From Escherichia coli (lineage in GTDB: Bacteria; Pseudomonadota; Gammaproteobacteria; Enterobacterales; Enterobacteriaceae): a DNA stretch of 64,000 bases. The translations under genes and the position numbers were made by a program. The stretch lies in NCBI RefSeq assembly GCF_003334315.1, contig NZ_QOWR01000008.1. One strand, written 5' to 3'. Positions 30,606 through 49,256 of the stretch are shown in pieces; within the stretch, counting starts at the first letter, position 1, and every line of letters starts with the position of its first letter. Under the pieces are notes generated by a model. That model was not told the DNA's origin. It ran no database searches and was given only the letters and a program-made list of their open reading frames with translations.

Positions 30606-30632
30606 TTGTTATATGTTACAATATAACATTAC
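30606..30632 (+). promoter_or_regulatory. Zur box in zinT promoter
   Basis: TGTTATATGTTACAATATAACATTACA, AT-rich palindrome close to Zur consensus. Confidence 0.6.
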
Positions 30633-30665
30633 ACATCATATACAATGACTCTGGAGGAAACTGTT

Positions 30666-31316
30666 TTGGCGATTCGTCTTCACAAACTGGCTGTTGCTTT
30701 AGGTGTCTTTATGGTTAGCGCTCCTGCCTTTTCGCATGGTCATCACTCACACGGCAAACCCTTAACAGAGGTCGAACAAAAAGCTGCTAATGGTGTTTTT
30801 GATGATGCCAATGTACAAAACCGAAAGCTGAGTGACTGGGATGGAGTCTGGCAATCCGTTTATCCTTTACTGCAAAGTGGCAAACTTGACCCCGTCTTTC
30901 AGAAGAAAGCGGATGCAGATAAAACTAAAACATTTGCTGAAATTAAAGATTATTATCACAAAGGTTATGCGACAGATATCGAGATGATTGGCATTGAGGA
31001 CGGCATTGTTGAATTCCATAGAAATAATGAAACAACATCCTGTAAATATGATTACGATGGATACAAAATACTCACCTATAAATCAGGCAAGAAAGGCGTT
31101 CGTTACTTATTCGAATGTAAAGATCCTGAAAGCAAAGCCCCTAAATATATACAATTTAGCGATCATATAATTGCACCACGAAAATCATCTCATTTTCACA
31201 TTTTTATGGGTAATGATTCACAGCAATCTTTATTAAATGAAATGGAAAACTGGCCAACGTATTATCCATATCAGTTGAGTAGCGAAGAAGTGGTCGAGGA
31301 AATGATGTCTCATTGA
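30666..31316 (+). CDS. zinT: periplasmic zinc/cadmium-binding protein ZinT (YodA)
   Basis: His-rich N-terminus HGHHSHG; probable TTG start; ORF extends to 30645. Confidence 0.9.
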   Translation: MAIRLHKLAVALGVFMVSAPAFSHGHHSHGKPLTEVEQKAANGVFDDANVQNRKLSDWDGVWQSVYPLLQSGKLDPVFQKKADADKTKTFAEIKDYYHKGYATDIEMIGIEDGIVEFHRNNETTSCKYDYDGYKILTYKSGKKGVRYLFECKDPESKAPKYIQFSDHIIAPRKSSHFHIFMGNDSQQSLLNEMENWPTYYPYQLSSEEVVEEMMSH

Positions 31317-31658
31317 GTATTCTCATGATAACGCCTCGATGCCGCTTTAGTAAGTCATCATAACTGCCACTGGTCCATCCACAAACGCCACTGAACGCAA
31401 GCTAGCTACAGACACGCTCATCACTATGACGTGTCTGTATATTAATAAGCTAACCCGCATTGAGTTAACCAATAACGGATTCCATACACAATACGGCCAA
31501 CAGAGAAAGATACCTGTGCTCACGCCATTGCTTATATTGGCTGGTTACAATGTGCACTATCAATTTTTTAAATAACAAATTCTTAAAACCACTTCTGTAT
31601 AAGGAATTTTTAAGGTTCGTGGGATAGCTTGACTGTAAAAATTACAGGAGCTACAAAA

Positions 31659-32189
31659 ATGAACCGATTCTCAAAAACTCAAATTTATTTACATTGGATA
31701 ACGCTGCTTTTCGTTGCAATAACCTATGCCGCGATGGAACTCCGTGGCTGGTTTCCTAAAGGTAGTAGTACTTATCTGCTGATGCGAGAAACACATTACA
31801 ATGCGGGTATATTCGTTTGGGTGTTAATGTTTTCACGCCTGATTATAAAACACCGTTATAGTGATCCTTCTATTGTACCACCGCCACCTGCCTGGCAAAT
31901 GAAAGCGGCTTCGCTAATGCACATCATGCTTTATATAACCTTCCTTGCACTTCCTCTGCTGGGGATTGCTTTAATGGCTTACAGTGGAAAATCGTGGAGT
32001 TTCCTTGGTTTCAATGTGTCTCCCTTTGTTACCCCAAACAGCGAAATTAAAGCACTGATAAAAAATATTCACGAAACCTGGGCAAATATAGGTTACTTTT
32101 TAATCGCAGCTCACGCTGGCGCAGCACTCTTTCATCACTACATTCAGAAAGATAATACTCTGTTACGAATGATGCCTCGCCGCAAATAA
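31659..32189 (+). CDS. yodB: cytochrome b561-family protein YodB
   Basis: 176 aa from MNRFSKTQIYLHW. Confidence 0.9.
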   Translation: MNRFSKTQIYLHWITLLFVAITYAAMELRGWFPKGSSTYLLMRETHYNAGIFVWVLMFSRLIIKHRYSDPSIVPPPPAWQMKAASLMHIMLYITFLALPLLGIALMAYSGKSWSFLGFNVSPFVTPNSEIKALIKNIHETWANIGYFLIAAHAGAALFHHYIQKDNTLLRMMPRRK

Positions 32190-32757
32190 GTCGATCCCCT
32201 GACAAGGAAATGTGAACCATGGACATCAACGCGTCATAAATGTTTACGCAAGTGCACAATGCACCCTTTCCACTATCAACAAGGAGGAGCAGAAACTGTG
32301 TAAATCGTACAATGGCAAGACTTATCAAAAATACAGATTAATTTTGGTATTTAAACCTTTTTTACTTGTTAGTATGATACAAAGGCTTTCAAAAAAGCTG
32401 GGAAATTCAACAACTCTTGGAAATTATGGACTTTGTCCCGCGGCTTTAATCTGACGGCCGCGTTCCTTTTTTGACTCAATTATTGACCCCTTCTCTACGC
32501 AACTTCAGTTCCCACCACCAACTTTGCGGCAGTTTCATAGGATGAATGTCTAAAAGAATAATGGTGAGCGATAAGAAAACGACTGAATAACTGCACATTT
32601 TCGCTCGAAAGCTTCCTGTCAGATCCATAGCGGATCAAGTGCTGAATGTCACAGTATCGAACAGAAAACAGTGACGATCTAACCCTTCAAGAATATTCTA
32701 CGATTGTTCTGTTTAGGAAAAGCAAGGGGGAAGTCAGGAGATAAGTCATTGATAAAG

Positions 32758-32847
32758 TGGCGGAGAGAGGGGGATTTGAACCCCCGGTAGAGTTGCCCCT
32801 ACTCCGGTTTTCGAGACCGGTCCGTTCAGCCGCTCCGGCATCTCTCC
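32758..32847 (-). tRNA. serU: tRNA-Ser (anticodon CGA)
   Basis: reverse complement folds as Ser tRNA with long variable arm, anticodon loop CU-CGA-AA, 3' CCA. Confidence 0.9.
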
Positions 32848-32940
32848 GTTCAGATGGTTGCCATGATGCCAGGAAATTTGGCATTTTAACAGTCCCTGTC
32901 CGTGCAATTTTGTTCAAGTGACGAGTTTGCGAGCAAAACG

Positions 32941-33738
32941 ATGATTAAGTGGCCCTGGAAAGTACAAGAATCAGCATATCAAACTGCCCTTCCCTGGCAG
33001 GAAGCACTATCGATCCCCCTTTTAACGGGTCTGACGGAACAGGAACAAAGCAAATTAGTCACTCTTGCCGAACGTTTTTTACAGCAAAAGCGGCTTGTTC
33101 CTTTACAGGGCTTTGAACTGGATTCATTAAGAAGCTGCCGGATAGCACTTCTATTTTGCCTACCCGTTCTGGAGTTAGGACTGGAATGGCTGGATGGTTT
33201 TCATGAAGTCTTAATTTATCCTGCGCCATTTGTGGTCGATGATGAATGGGAAGACGATATCGGTCTGGTGCATAACCAACGTATTGTTCAGTCAGGTCAG
33301 AGCTGGCAGCAAGGGCCTATCGTTTTGAACTGGTTGGATATACAAGATTCTTTTGATGCATCTGGTTTTAACCTGATTATTCATGAAGTCGCTCATAAGC
33401 TGGACACCCGTAACGGCGATCGCGCCAGCGGAGTTCCCTTTATTCCGTTGCGTGAGGTTGCTGGCTGGGAACACGATCTTCATGCTGCAATGAACAACAT
33501 TCAGGAAGAAATCGAATTGGTTGGCGAGAATGCGGCGAGCATTGATGCTTATGCTGCCAGTGATCCTGCTGAATGTTTTGCCGTACTTTCTGAATATTTC
33601 TTTAGCGCCCCAGAACTTTTTGCTCCTCGTTTCCCTTCATTGTGGCAACGTTTCTGCCAATTTTATCAACAAGATCCTTTGCAGAGACTGCATCGCACTA
33701 ATGATACAGACTCGTTTTCGGCGACGAATGTTCATTAA
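32941..33738 (+). CDS. mtfA: Mlc titration factor / aminopeptidase MtfA
   Basis: 265 aa from [14 protein letters not shown] zinc motif. Confidence 0.9.
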   Translation: MIKWPWKVQESAYQTALPWQEALSIPLLTGLTEQEQSKLVTLAERFLQQKRLVPLQGFELDSLRSCRIALLFCLPVLELGLEWLDGFHEVLIYPAPFVVDDEWEDDIGLVHNQRIVQSGQSWQQGPIVLNWLDIQDSFDASGFNLIIHEVAHKLDTRNGDRASGVPFIPLREVAGWEHDLHAAMNNIQEEIELVGENAASIDAYAASDPAECFAVLSEYFFSAPELFAPRFPSLWQRFCQFYQQDPLQRLHRTNDTDSFSATNVH

Positions 33739-33791
33739 TTAACAACTTTGCAGATTAATTAACCAATTGAAATGACTTATGAAATTTAGTG

Positions 33792-33820
33792 TTGACAGAC
33801 AAGGTACCGCTAAGTAATAT
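33792..33820 (+). promoter_or_regulatory. sigma70 promoter of asnT
   Basis: TTGACA, 17-bp spacer, TAATAT, followed by GC-rich discriminator GCGCC. Confidence 0.7.
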
Positions 33821-33838
33821 GCGCCCCGTTCACACGAT

Positions 33839-33914
33839 TCCTCTGTAGTTCAGTCGGTAGAACGGCGGACTGTTAATCCGTATGTCACTGGTTCGAGTCC
33901 AGTCAGAGGAGCCA
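33839..33914 (+). tRNA. asnT: tRNA-Asn (GUU)
   Basis: TCCTCTGTAGTTCAGTCGGTAGAACGGCGGACTGTTAATCCG...GAGCCA, 76 nt. Confidence 0.95.
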
Positions 33915-34227
33915 AATTCTAAAAATTCGCTTTTTTAGCGCAATGTTACTGACCTTAGTTGAACATTGTTTTTTAACGGATAGCGGGTTTTTAACATCTT
34001 AAGCGCCCTCGACCTTTATGGTTGAGGGCGTTTTGCTATGAACGCCATCACCATTTTCCCCTCGATTATAAAACTTGAGTTATTCAGTAGTCTCCCCTCT
34101 TGCAACTCACACCCAAAACTGCCTAACGAAAAGTTATTAATTTTCAATCATATTGCTATCAGGATTTACATTTTTTCGCTGTGCTAGAAAGGGCGCATTT
34201 ATGTTAGCTCGTTCAGGGAAGGTAAGC

Positions 34228-41304
<7,077 letters not shown>

Positions 41305-41323
41305 TTTTCCGTTATAATTTCTT

Positions 41324-41356
41324 AAAGAGTGCTCCATTCGGAGCACTCTTTTTTAC
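41324..41356. terminator. bidirectional rho-independent terminator between yeeJ and yeeL
   Basis: AAAGAGTGCTCC-ATTC-GGAGCACTCTTTTTT. Confidence 0.75.
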
Positions 41357-41565
41357 ATTCCCTCTATAGAGCTTGCCCTTCTCTCACAGAAAATGAATAA
41401 ATAAAACTGCTGCACCGCAAGAATCGCGTTCGATGTGACTATGATCGTATCCGGTGAGTACAGCTTTGATCCAAAGGCTGGTTTTCTGTGATGATTGACC
41501 AGCCTCAGAGTATTGATGACACCACCGTTCATAACAGATCGGCATTACTATGCATAAGTACTGTC

Positions 41566-42618
41566 TCATATTCTCGCCAAAACACTTTTTAATGCCTTTG
41601 CGAATTCATCCAGACTTATATTGTCAATTTTTTGCCCAACGACGACTGACTCCGAAACATCGGCCATTGCGGGCCATCGCGTTTTGTAATCAGCATAAAT
41701 TGCAACAACGGGAGTATTATAGGCACTTGCCATATGTAATATTGAGGTGTCAGGAGTTATTGCGATATAAGCATCTTTTATGATTGCTGCTGAACGTTTA
41801 ATCGAGGGTGATAAGGATAAACGGTAGACATTATTATAACAATCCACTAATACCCTGGCTTTATCTTCCCCTTTTGGTCCATGAACGATCACTATTGGTA
41901 TATCTGTTTCACTTTGAATTTTTGCTATTAGATTTTCTGCAATCGATAATGAAAATGTACGTTCCTGCGAGCTACCTTCTAAATTAAGCGCAATGTAAGA
42001 TCCTAACGATCGCATTTCCTCGCGCACCTCATCGAGTACATCCTCACTTAGTGGCAATTCATATATTGGCCTGACTGCTGGAAAACCCGCCTCACGCATC
42101 ATAAATGCCCATGTCATGGGTACAGGAGCCCGGATATTCTGATCCATCCGGGACGCGTTCTTGCACAAAGGGGAGTAGCACTTCATGGTTAAACCAACAA
42201 CCTGAAAATTCGTTTTTGCTTTCAACTGACTGATAAATATCATCGTTTTCAGGTTCTTTTTACGCATCGCCTCTATACAAAGATCCGGCGTACCGTATTT
42301 CTGTGTTATGTTCTTTGCTAAATCTTTTATTTCTTTTAATGTTGCGTGATCCTGCATAGTCATTGTGACTAATGTTAATTTAGTCTTTTCAAGTTTAAGT
42401 GCATTAAACACTTCTAAATTAATTGTCGACGTAACAATTAAAAGATGCTTAATTTTATGCAATTCAAGCGCCCGAATAACAGGAAAGATGGCCATAGCAT
42501 CGCCAATCTGGTCGGGAATATGGATGACAACAAAGTCTGTTTTTTCAATATTGAAATTATAAGCTTTATAATCGTAGTAACTAAATGCAATACGTCTCAA
42601 CAATGATGCTAAAAACAT
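41566..42618 (-). CDS. yeeL: GT9-like glycosyltransferase YeeL (intact)
   Basis: continuous 350-aa ORF, low GC, heptosyltransferase-like C-terminal half. Confidence 0.7.
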   Translation of the reverse strand: MFLASLLRRIAFSYYDYKAYNFNIEKTDFVVIHIPDQIGDAMAIFPVIRALELHKIKHLLIVTSTINLEVFNALKLEKTKLTLVTMTMQDHATLKEIKDLAKNITQKYGTPDLCIEAMRKKNLKTMIFISQLKAKTNFQVVGLTMKCYSPLCKNASRMDQNIRAPVPMTWAFMMREAGFPAVRPIYELPLSEDVLDEVREEMRSLGSYIALNLEGSSQERTFSLSIAENLIAKIQSETDIPIVIVHGPKGEDKARVLVDCYNNVYRLSLSPSIKRSAAIIKDAYIAITPDTSILHMASAYNTPVVAIYADYKTRWPAMADVSESVVVGQKIDNISLDEFAKALKSVLARI

Positions 42619-42932
42619 ACCTAACCTCGCCTCCCTACTGGTTATAATGCAATGCAGTCTATCAGACTCATCAGGGTGCCATTTTGTGCATATGCGGACT
42701 TTTATGTTTCATATCTCTAACCTGTGGGTCCTCTGCTTAATCCTTAAACAACACCAGCAACTCCTGCGCTTTCATCTTCCATCGAATTTTTCATGTTGCC
42801 GCTAATCAGCCATAAAATCATTTGCAGATGCGCTCTGTCGAGGTAGTCTCATAAGGTTCGTTTATAGATCGACGGCAATGTGAGTTACCTTTTCCATACT
42901 AATTATAAAAAGACAGTACAAACAGGATCATT

Positions 42933-44249
42933 ATGGACTCCACGCTCATCTCCACTCGTCCCGATGAAGGGACGCTTTCGTTAAGTCGCGCCCGACGAGC
43001 TGCGTTAGGCAGCTTCGCTGGTGCCGTCGTCGACTGGTATGATTTTTTACTCTATGGCATCACCGCCGCACTGGTGTTTAATCGCGAGTTTTTCCCGCAA
43101 GTAAGCCCGGCGATGGGAACGCTCGCCGCATTTGCTACCTTTGGCGTCGGATTCCTTTTCCGTCCGCTCGGCGGTGTCATTTTCGGTCACTTTGGCGACC
43201 GACTGGGACGTAAGCGCATGTTAATGCTGACCGTCTGGATGATGGGCATCGCGACAGCCTTGATTGGTATTCTTCCTTCATTCTCGACCATTGGGTGGTG
43301 GGCACCTATTTTGCTGGTGACACTGCGTGCCATTCAGGGATTTGCCGTCGGCGGCGAATGGGGAGGCGCGGCGTTGCTTTCCGTTGAAAGTGCACCGAAA
43401 AATAAAAAAGCCTTTTACAGTAGCGGTGTACAAGTTGGCTACGGTGTAGGTTTACTGCTTTCAACCGGACTGGTTTCATTGATCAGTATGATGACGACTG
43501 ACGAACAGTTTTTAAGCTGGGGCTGGCGCATTCCTTTCCTGTTTAGCATCGTACTGGTACTGGGAGCATTGTGGGTGCGCAATGGCATGGAGGAGTCCGC
43601 GGAATTTGAACAACAGCAACATTATCAAGCTGCCGCGAAAAAACGCATCCCGGTTATCGAAGCGCTGTTACGACATCCCGGTGCTTTCCTGAAGATTATT
43701 GCGCTACGACTGTGCGAATTGCTGACGATGTACATCGTTACTGCCTTTGCACTTAATTATTCAACCCAGAATATGGGGTTACCGCGCGAACTTTTCCTCA
43801 ATATTGGTTTGCTGGTAGGTGGATTAAGCTGCCTGACAATTCCCTGTTTTGCCTGGCTTGCCGATCGTTTTGGTCGCCGCAGGGTTTATATCACAGGTGC
43901 GTTAATCGGAACGTTGAGCGCATTTCCTTTCTTTATGGCGCTTGAAGCACAATCTATTTTCTGGATAGTTTTCTTCTCCATAATGCTGGCAAACATTGCG
44001 CATGACATGGTGGTGTGTGTGCAACAACCGATGTTTACCGAAATGTTTGGTGCCAGTTATCGCTATAGTGGCGCTGGAGTCGGTTATCAGGTTGCCAGTG
44101 TGGTTGGCGGTGGATTTACACCTTTTATTGCCGCTGCACTCATCACTTACTTTGCCGGGAACTGGCATAGCGTCGCCATTTATTTGCTGGCTGGATGCCT
44201 GATTTCCGCAATGACCGCTTTGTTGATGAAAGACAGTCAACGCGCTTGA
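42933..44249 (+). CDS. shiA: MFS shikimate transporter ShiA
   Basis: 438 aa, 12 TM MFS. Confidence 0.9.
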   Translation: MDSTLISTRPDEGTLSLSRARRAALGSFAGAVVDWYDFLLYGITAALVFNREFFPQVSPAMGTLAAFATFGVGFLFRPLGGVIFGHFGDRLGRKRMLMLTVWMMGIATALIGILPSFSTIGWWAPILLVTLRAIQGFAVGGEWGGAALLSVESAPKNKKAFYSSGVQVGYGVGLLLSTGLVSLISMMTTDEQFLSWGWRIPFLFSIVLVLGALWVRNGMEESAEFEQQQHYQAAAKKRIPVIEALLRHPGAFLKIIALRLCELLTMYIVTAFALNYSTQNMGLPRELFLNIGLLVGGLSCLTIPCFAWLADRFGRRRVYITGALIGTLSAFPFFMALEAQSIFWIVFFSIMLANIAHDMVVCVQQPMFTEMFGASYRYSGAGVGYQVASVVGGGFTPFIAAALITYFAGNWHSVAIYLLAGCLISAMTALLMKDSQRA

Positions 44250-44350
44250 TAGCCTGGCGAAGATCATCCGATCTTCGCCTTACACTTTTGTTTCACATTT
44301 CTGTGACATACTATCGGATGTGCGGTAATTGTATGGAACAGGAGACACAC

Positions 44351-45805
44351 ATGAATAATAAGGGCTCCGGTCTGACCCCAGCTCAGGCACTGGATAAACT
44401 CGACGCGCTGTATGAGCAATCTGTAGTCGCATTACGCAACGCCATTGGCAACTATATTACAAGTGGCGAATTACCTGATGAAAACGCCCGCAAACAAGGT
44501 CTTTTTGTCTATCCATCACTGACCGTAACCTGGGACGGTAGCACAACCAATCCCCCCAAAACGCGCGCATTTGGTCGCTTTACCCACGCAGGCAGCTACA
44601 CCACCACGATTACTCGCCCTACTCTCTTTCGTTCGTATCTTAATGAACAACTTACGTTGCTGTATCAGGATTATGGTGCGCATATCTCAGTGCAACCCTC
44701 GCAGCATGAAATCCCTTATCCTTATGTCATCGATGGCTCTGAATTGACACTTGATCGCTCAATGAGCGCTGGGTTAACTCGCTACTTCCCGACAACAGAA
44801 CTGGCGCAAATTGGCGATGAAACTGCAGACGGCATTTATCATCCAACTGAATTCTCCCCGCTATCGCATTTTGATGCGCGCCGCGTCGATTTTTCCCTCG
44901 CACGGTTGCGCCATTATACCGGTACGCCAGTTGAACATTTTCAGCCGTTCGTCTTGTTTACCAACTACACACGTTATGTGGATGAATTCGTTCGTTGGGG
45001 ATGCAGCCAGATCCTCGATCCTGATAGTCCCTACATTGCCCTTTCTTGTGCTGGCGGGAACTGGATCACCGCCGAAACCGAAGCGCCAGAAGAAGCCATT
45101 TCCGACCTTGCATGGAAAAAACATCAGATGCCAGCATGGCATTTAATTACCGCCGATGGTCAGGGTATTACTCTGGTGAATATTGGCGTGGGACCGTCAA
45201 ATGCTAAAACCATCTGCGATCATCTGGCAGTGCTACGCCCGGATGTCTGGTTGATGATTGGTCACTGTGGCGGATTACGTGAAAGTCAGGCCATTGGCGA
45301 TTATGTACTTGCACACGCTTATTTACGCGATGACCACGTTCTTGATGCGGTTCTGCCGCCCGATATTCCTATTCCGAGCATTGCTGAAGTGCAACGTGCG
45401 CTTTATGACGCCACCAAGCTGGTGAGCGGCAGGCCCGGTGAGGAAGTCAAACAGCGGCTACGTACTGGTACTGTGGTAACCACAGATGACAGGAACTGGG
45501 AATTACGTTACTCAGCTTCTGCACTTCGTTTTAACTTAAGCCGGGCCGTAGCAATTGATATGGAAAGTGCAACCATTGCCGCGCAAGGATATCGTTTCCG
45601 CGTGCCATACGGGACACTACTGTGTGTTTCAGATAAACCGTTGCATGGCGAGATTAAACTTCCCGGCCAGGCTAACCGTTTTTATGAAGGCGCTATTTCC
45701 GAACATCTGCAAATTGGCATTCGGGCGATCGATTTGCTGCGCGCAGAAGGCGACCGACTGCATTCGCGTAAATTACGAACCTTTAATGAGCCGCCGTTCC
45801 GATAA
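44351..45805 (+). CDS. amn: AMP nucleosidase
   Basis: 484 aa from MNNKGSGLTPAQALDKL; ORF extends to 44195. Confidence 0.95.
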   Translation: MNNKGSGLTPAQALDKLDALYEQSVVALRNAIGNYITSGELPDENARKQGLFVYPSLTVTWDGSTTNPPKTRAFGRFTHAGSYTTTITRPTLFRSYLNEQLTLLYQDYGAHISVQPSQHEIPYPYVIDGSELTLDRSMSAGLTRYFPTTELAQIGDETADGIYHPTEFSPLSHFDARRVDFSLARLRHYTGTPVEHFQPFVLFTNYTRYVDEFVRWGCSQILDPDSPYIALSCAGGNWITAETEAPEEAISDLAWKKHQMPAWHLITADGQGITLVNIGVGPSNAKTICDHLAVLRPDVWLMIGHCGGLRESQAIGDYVLAHAYLRDDHVLDAVLPPDIPIPSIAEVQRALYDATKLVSGRPGEEVKQRLRTGTVVTTDDRNWELRYSASALRFNLSRAVAIDMESATIAAQGYRFRVPYGTLLCVSDKPLHGEIKLPGQANRFYEGAISEHLQIGIRAIDLLRAEGDRLHSRKLRTFNEPPFR

Positions 45806-46147
45806 TAAGTTCTGAACCTTCTTATCAGAAATAGATGTGAAGGAGTAAGTAAGACACCTGGCAAATAGCCTGCAATAATCGTGGGCTGTTTGCTTCCTTG
45901 GGCGGATACGAGTTTTATTATCGTCTTAATGATTTCCACATATTAAAAGCAAGTATGCTTTCAAAACACAATTATAAAAAATCCCGCCAACAATATAAGT
46001 TTTTATAAAATTAAATATAAGATTATGGCTTTAGAATATTTTTATTTCTAATAGACGAGATTTTTCCTGTTATGATATAATATGCTGAATTAACACATGT
46101 TAACGATTTACCAGTAATGTAAATAAATTTTCGAGGAGATCATTCCA

Positions 46148-46864
46148 GTGGGACGTAAATGGGCCAATATTGTTGCTAAAAAAACGGCTAAAGACGGTGC
46201 AACGTCTAAAATTTATGCAAAATTCGGTGTAGAAATCTATGCTGCTGCTAAACAAGGTGAACCCGATCCAGAATTAAACACATCTTTAAAATTCGTTATT
46301 GAACGTGCAAAACAGGCACAAGTTCCAAAGCACGTTATTGATAAAGCAATTGATAAAGCCAAAGGCGGCGGAGATGAAACATTCGTGCAGGGCCGTTATG
46401 AAGGCTTTGGTCCTAATGGCTCAATGATTATCGCCGAGACATTGACTTCAAATGTTAACCGTACGATTGCTAACGTTCGCACAATTTTCAATAAAAAAGG
46501 CGGCAATATCGGAGCGGCAGGTTCTGTCAGCTATATGTTTGACAATACTGGTGTGATTGTATTTAAAGGATCAGACCCTGACCATATTTTTGAAATTTTA
46601 CTTGAAGCTGAAGTTGATGTTCGTGATGTGACTGAAGAAGAAGGTAACATTGTTATTTATACCGAACCTACTGACCTTCATAAAGGAATCGCTGCTCTAA
46701 AAGCAGCTGGAATCACGGAGTTCTCAACAACAGAATTAGAAATGATTGCTCAATCAGAAGTTGAGCTTTCCCCAGAAGATTTAGAAATCTTTGAAGGGCT
46801 TGTTGATGCCCTTGAAGATGACGACGATGTACAAAAAGTTTATCATAACGTCGCAAATCTCTAA
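46148..46864 (+). CDS. yeeN: YebC/PmpR-family transcriptional regulator YeeN
   Basis: 238 aa, GTG start. Confidence 0.9.
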   Translation: MGRKWANIVAKKTAKDGATSKIYAKFGVEIYAAAKQGEPDPELNTSLKFVIERAKQAQVPKHVIDKAIDKAKGGGDETFVQGRYEGFGPNGSMIIAETLTSNVNRTIANVRTIFNKKGGNIGAAGSVSYMFDNTGVIVFKGSDPDHIFEILLEAEVDVRDVTEEEGNIVIYTEPTDLHKGIAALKAAGITEFSTTELEMIAQSEVELSPEDLEIFEGLVDALEDDDDVQKVYHNVANL

Positions 46865-47319
46865 TTATATTTTAAAGAAATCTGTCTTTATGGCAGATTT
46901 CTTTAATCTCATAGAATCCTTATAAAAAATATAATGTTCAACTCGTCATATTGCTTATAAAAAATCCCCGTTCCCAGAGAAATAACATTTATTAAAATTC
47001 CAGGTCTTCTTTTTCTGATTACCGAAGACAAAGTGGCAATTACGTATAGTTTCCCGATAAAGACGCGACAGCTACATCCCGCATAAGGCATTTTTCTCTT
47101 TATCTTTGTACGGTACTTCATGGAACAGAATTTTTGACCCTGTGAATCGTGATGTCTGTTGGGGAGGGGCAATTTGCTCACTGAAGCATGAGACTCGATT
47201 AAGCGCACGAAACACAGAAATCAAAAAACCCGTCCACTTTTTTACAAAGCGGCCGGGTAAAAATAATTTTTATTTTTTAACTGTTTTGAGACTTATAGAG
47301 ATATCTCAAAACTAAAATT

Positions 47320-47395
47320 TGGCTCCTCTGACTGGACTCGAACCAGTGACATACGGATTAACAGTCCGCCGTTCTACCGACTGAACTACAGAGGA
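47320..47395 (-). tRNA. asnW: tRNA-Asn (GUU)
   Basis: exact reverse complement of the asnT sequence. Confidence 0.95.
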
Positions 47396-47495
47396 ATCGT
47401 GAGAACGAGGCGAATATTAGCGACGCTCATCCACAATGTCAAAGCCTGTTTTTTAAATTTGAAATCGTTTGCTGAAATAATCTGCACTTTGTCGT

Positions 47496-48983
47496 TTATT
47501 CCGACACAACTGGCTTTTTTTCACACTTTTGCGGCTCAGGTCGAGGATATTTCCACAGCCAACGTCCAGTAACCATTCGCCAGTAAAACAGCACGGCCCG
47601 CACAGCCCAGTCGGCAAACATTCCCATCCAGACACCAACCACACCCCAGCCAAGCATGATTCCCAGCACATAACCGACTACAACCCGGCAACCCCACATG
47701 CTCAACATAGAAACCCACATGGCGTAACGTGCATCGCGAGCACCCTTAAATCCAGCGGGTAGCACCCATGAGGCAGACCAAATAGGCATAAATAAAGCAT
47801 TTAGCCAAATCAGAATCACAACGACATGTTTAACCTGTGGATCCTGGGTGTAAAACGATGCCATAACCCCGGCAAAGGGAGCCGTTAGCCAGGCGATGGC
47901 CGTTAATCCAAGAGTGGAAAGCCAGAACACATGCCGCAACTGAATCTCTGCTTGCGCTATCTGTCCTACACCCAACCTTCGGCCTGTAATGATCGTAGAA
48001 GCAGAGCCGAGCGCACTTCCGGGTAAGTTGATAAGAGCCGCAATTGAAAACGCGATAAAATTTCCGGCAATAACACTGGTCCCCATCCCGGCAACGAACA
48101 TTTGGGTTAATAACCGACCACTGGTAAATAACACTGATTCGACACTCGCGGGAATACCAATCCCCATGACTTCCCAGATAATGCTAAAATTCAGCGGTTT
48201 AAAATAGCTCTTTAACGAAATCCTTAGCGCAGGATTAAAACCAATCGCCAGCACCCACAAAATTGCCACTGCGCCAATATAACGAGAAATGGTTAACCCC
48301 AACCCAGCCCCGACAAATCCCAGTCCCGGCCAGGAGAAAAGGCCGTAAATCAATATGCCGCTAATAATAATATTAAGAATATTCAGGCTACCGTTAATCA
48401 GTAGCGGTATTTTCGTATTCCCTGCACCACGAAGTGCCCCGCTACCAATCAAAGTGATGGCAGCTGCTGGATAACTGAGTACCGTCAGCTCCAGATAAGT
48501 CAACGCCAGTGCTTTAACTTCTGTCGTGGCATCACCCGCGACGAAATCAATAATTTGCTCGCCAAAATGATGAATAAGCGTTGCCAACAGTACGGCAAAC
48601 AACGTCATGATCACCAATGACTGCCGCGTCGCCACCCTCGCTCGTCGTCGATCCCGCTTACCGAGACTAAATGCCACAACGACAGTAGTACCAAGATCGA
48701 TAGCAGCAAAAAAAGCCATAATGACCATATTGAAGCTGTCCGCCAATCCCACGCCGGCCATCGCATCTTTTCCCAGCCAGCTGACCAGAAAAGTGCTCAG
48801 AACCCCCATCAACAGGACACAGGCATTCTCCATGAAGATAGGAACAGCAAGCGGGGTTATCTCGCGCCAGAACAACACTTTGTAGCTCTTGCGTTTAGCG
48901 TGCCAGCGAGTGCCGTGAACAACCTGGCGTAAAGCAGAGGAGATATTCAAAGCCGACCTTAATTGCAGAAAGTGAAACCACAT
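47496..48983 (-). CDS. yeeO: MATE-family efflux transporter YeeO
   Basis: about 495 aa from MWFHFLQ; ORF extends to 49106. Confidence 0.85.
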   Translation of the reverse strand: MWFHFLQLRSALNISSALRQVVHGTRWHAKRKSYKVLFWREITPLAVPIFMENACVLLMGVLSTFLVSWLGKDAMAGVGLADSFNMVIMAFFAAIDLGTTVVVAFSLGKRDRRRARVATRQSLVIMTLFAVLLATLIHHFGEQIIDFVAGDATTEVKALALTYLELTVLSYPAAAITLIGSGALRGAGNTKIPLLINGSLNILNIIISGILIYGLFSWPGLGFVGAGLGLTISRYIGAVAILWVLAIGFNPALRISLKSYFKPLNFSIIWEVMGIGIPASVESVLFTSGRLLTQMFVAGMGTSVIAGNFIAFSIAALINLPGSALGSASTIITGRRLGVGQIAQAEIQLRHVFWLSTLGLTAIAWLTAPFAGVMASFYTQDPQVKHVVVILIWLNALFMPIWSASWVLPAGFKGARDARYAMWVSMLSMWGCRVVVGYVLGIMLGWGVVGVWMGMFADWAVRAVLFYWRMVTGRWLWKYPRPEPQKCEKKPVVSE

Positions 48984-49143
48984 TTCAAATAATGAGGGAG
49001 AATCAGCAAAGCTGCAAAGATTTTCGCCAACAAATTGTCTGCAAATGCAACAAACTGTTGATAGAAACGGCAAACAGTTGGGAAAATTAAAAATCGGGTT
49101 TGACAAAAGATTTTTCGCCGTTAAGATGTGCCTAAACAGCGAT

Positions 49144-49219
49144 TCCTCTGTAGTTCAGTCGGTAGAACGGCGGACTGTTAATCCGTATGTCACTGGTTCG
49201 AGTCCAGTCAGAGGAGCCA
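49144..49219 (+). tRNA. asnU: tRNA-Asn (GUU)
   Basis: identical to asnT sequence. Confidence 0.95.
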
Positions 49220-49256
49220 AATTTCTGAAAAGCCCGCTTTTATAGCGGGCTTTTTG

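Noticed and set aside
32758-32847. Possibility that serU is an amber-suppressor allele explaining the in-frame TAG at 59757
   Set aside because: The anticodon reads CGA (wild type), not CUA, so there is no suppressor
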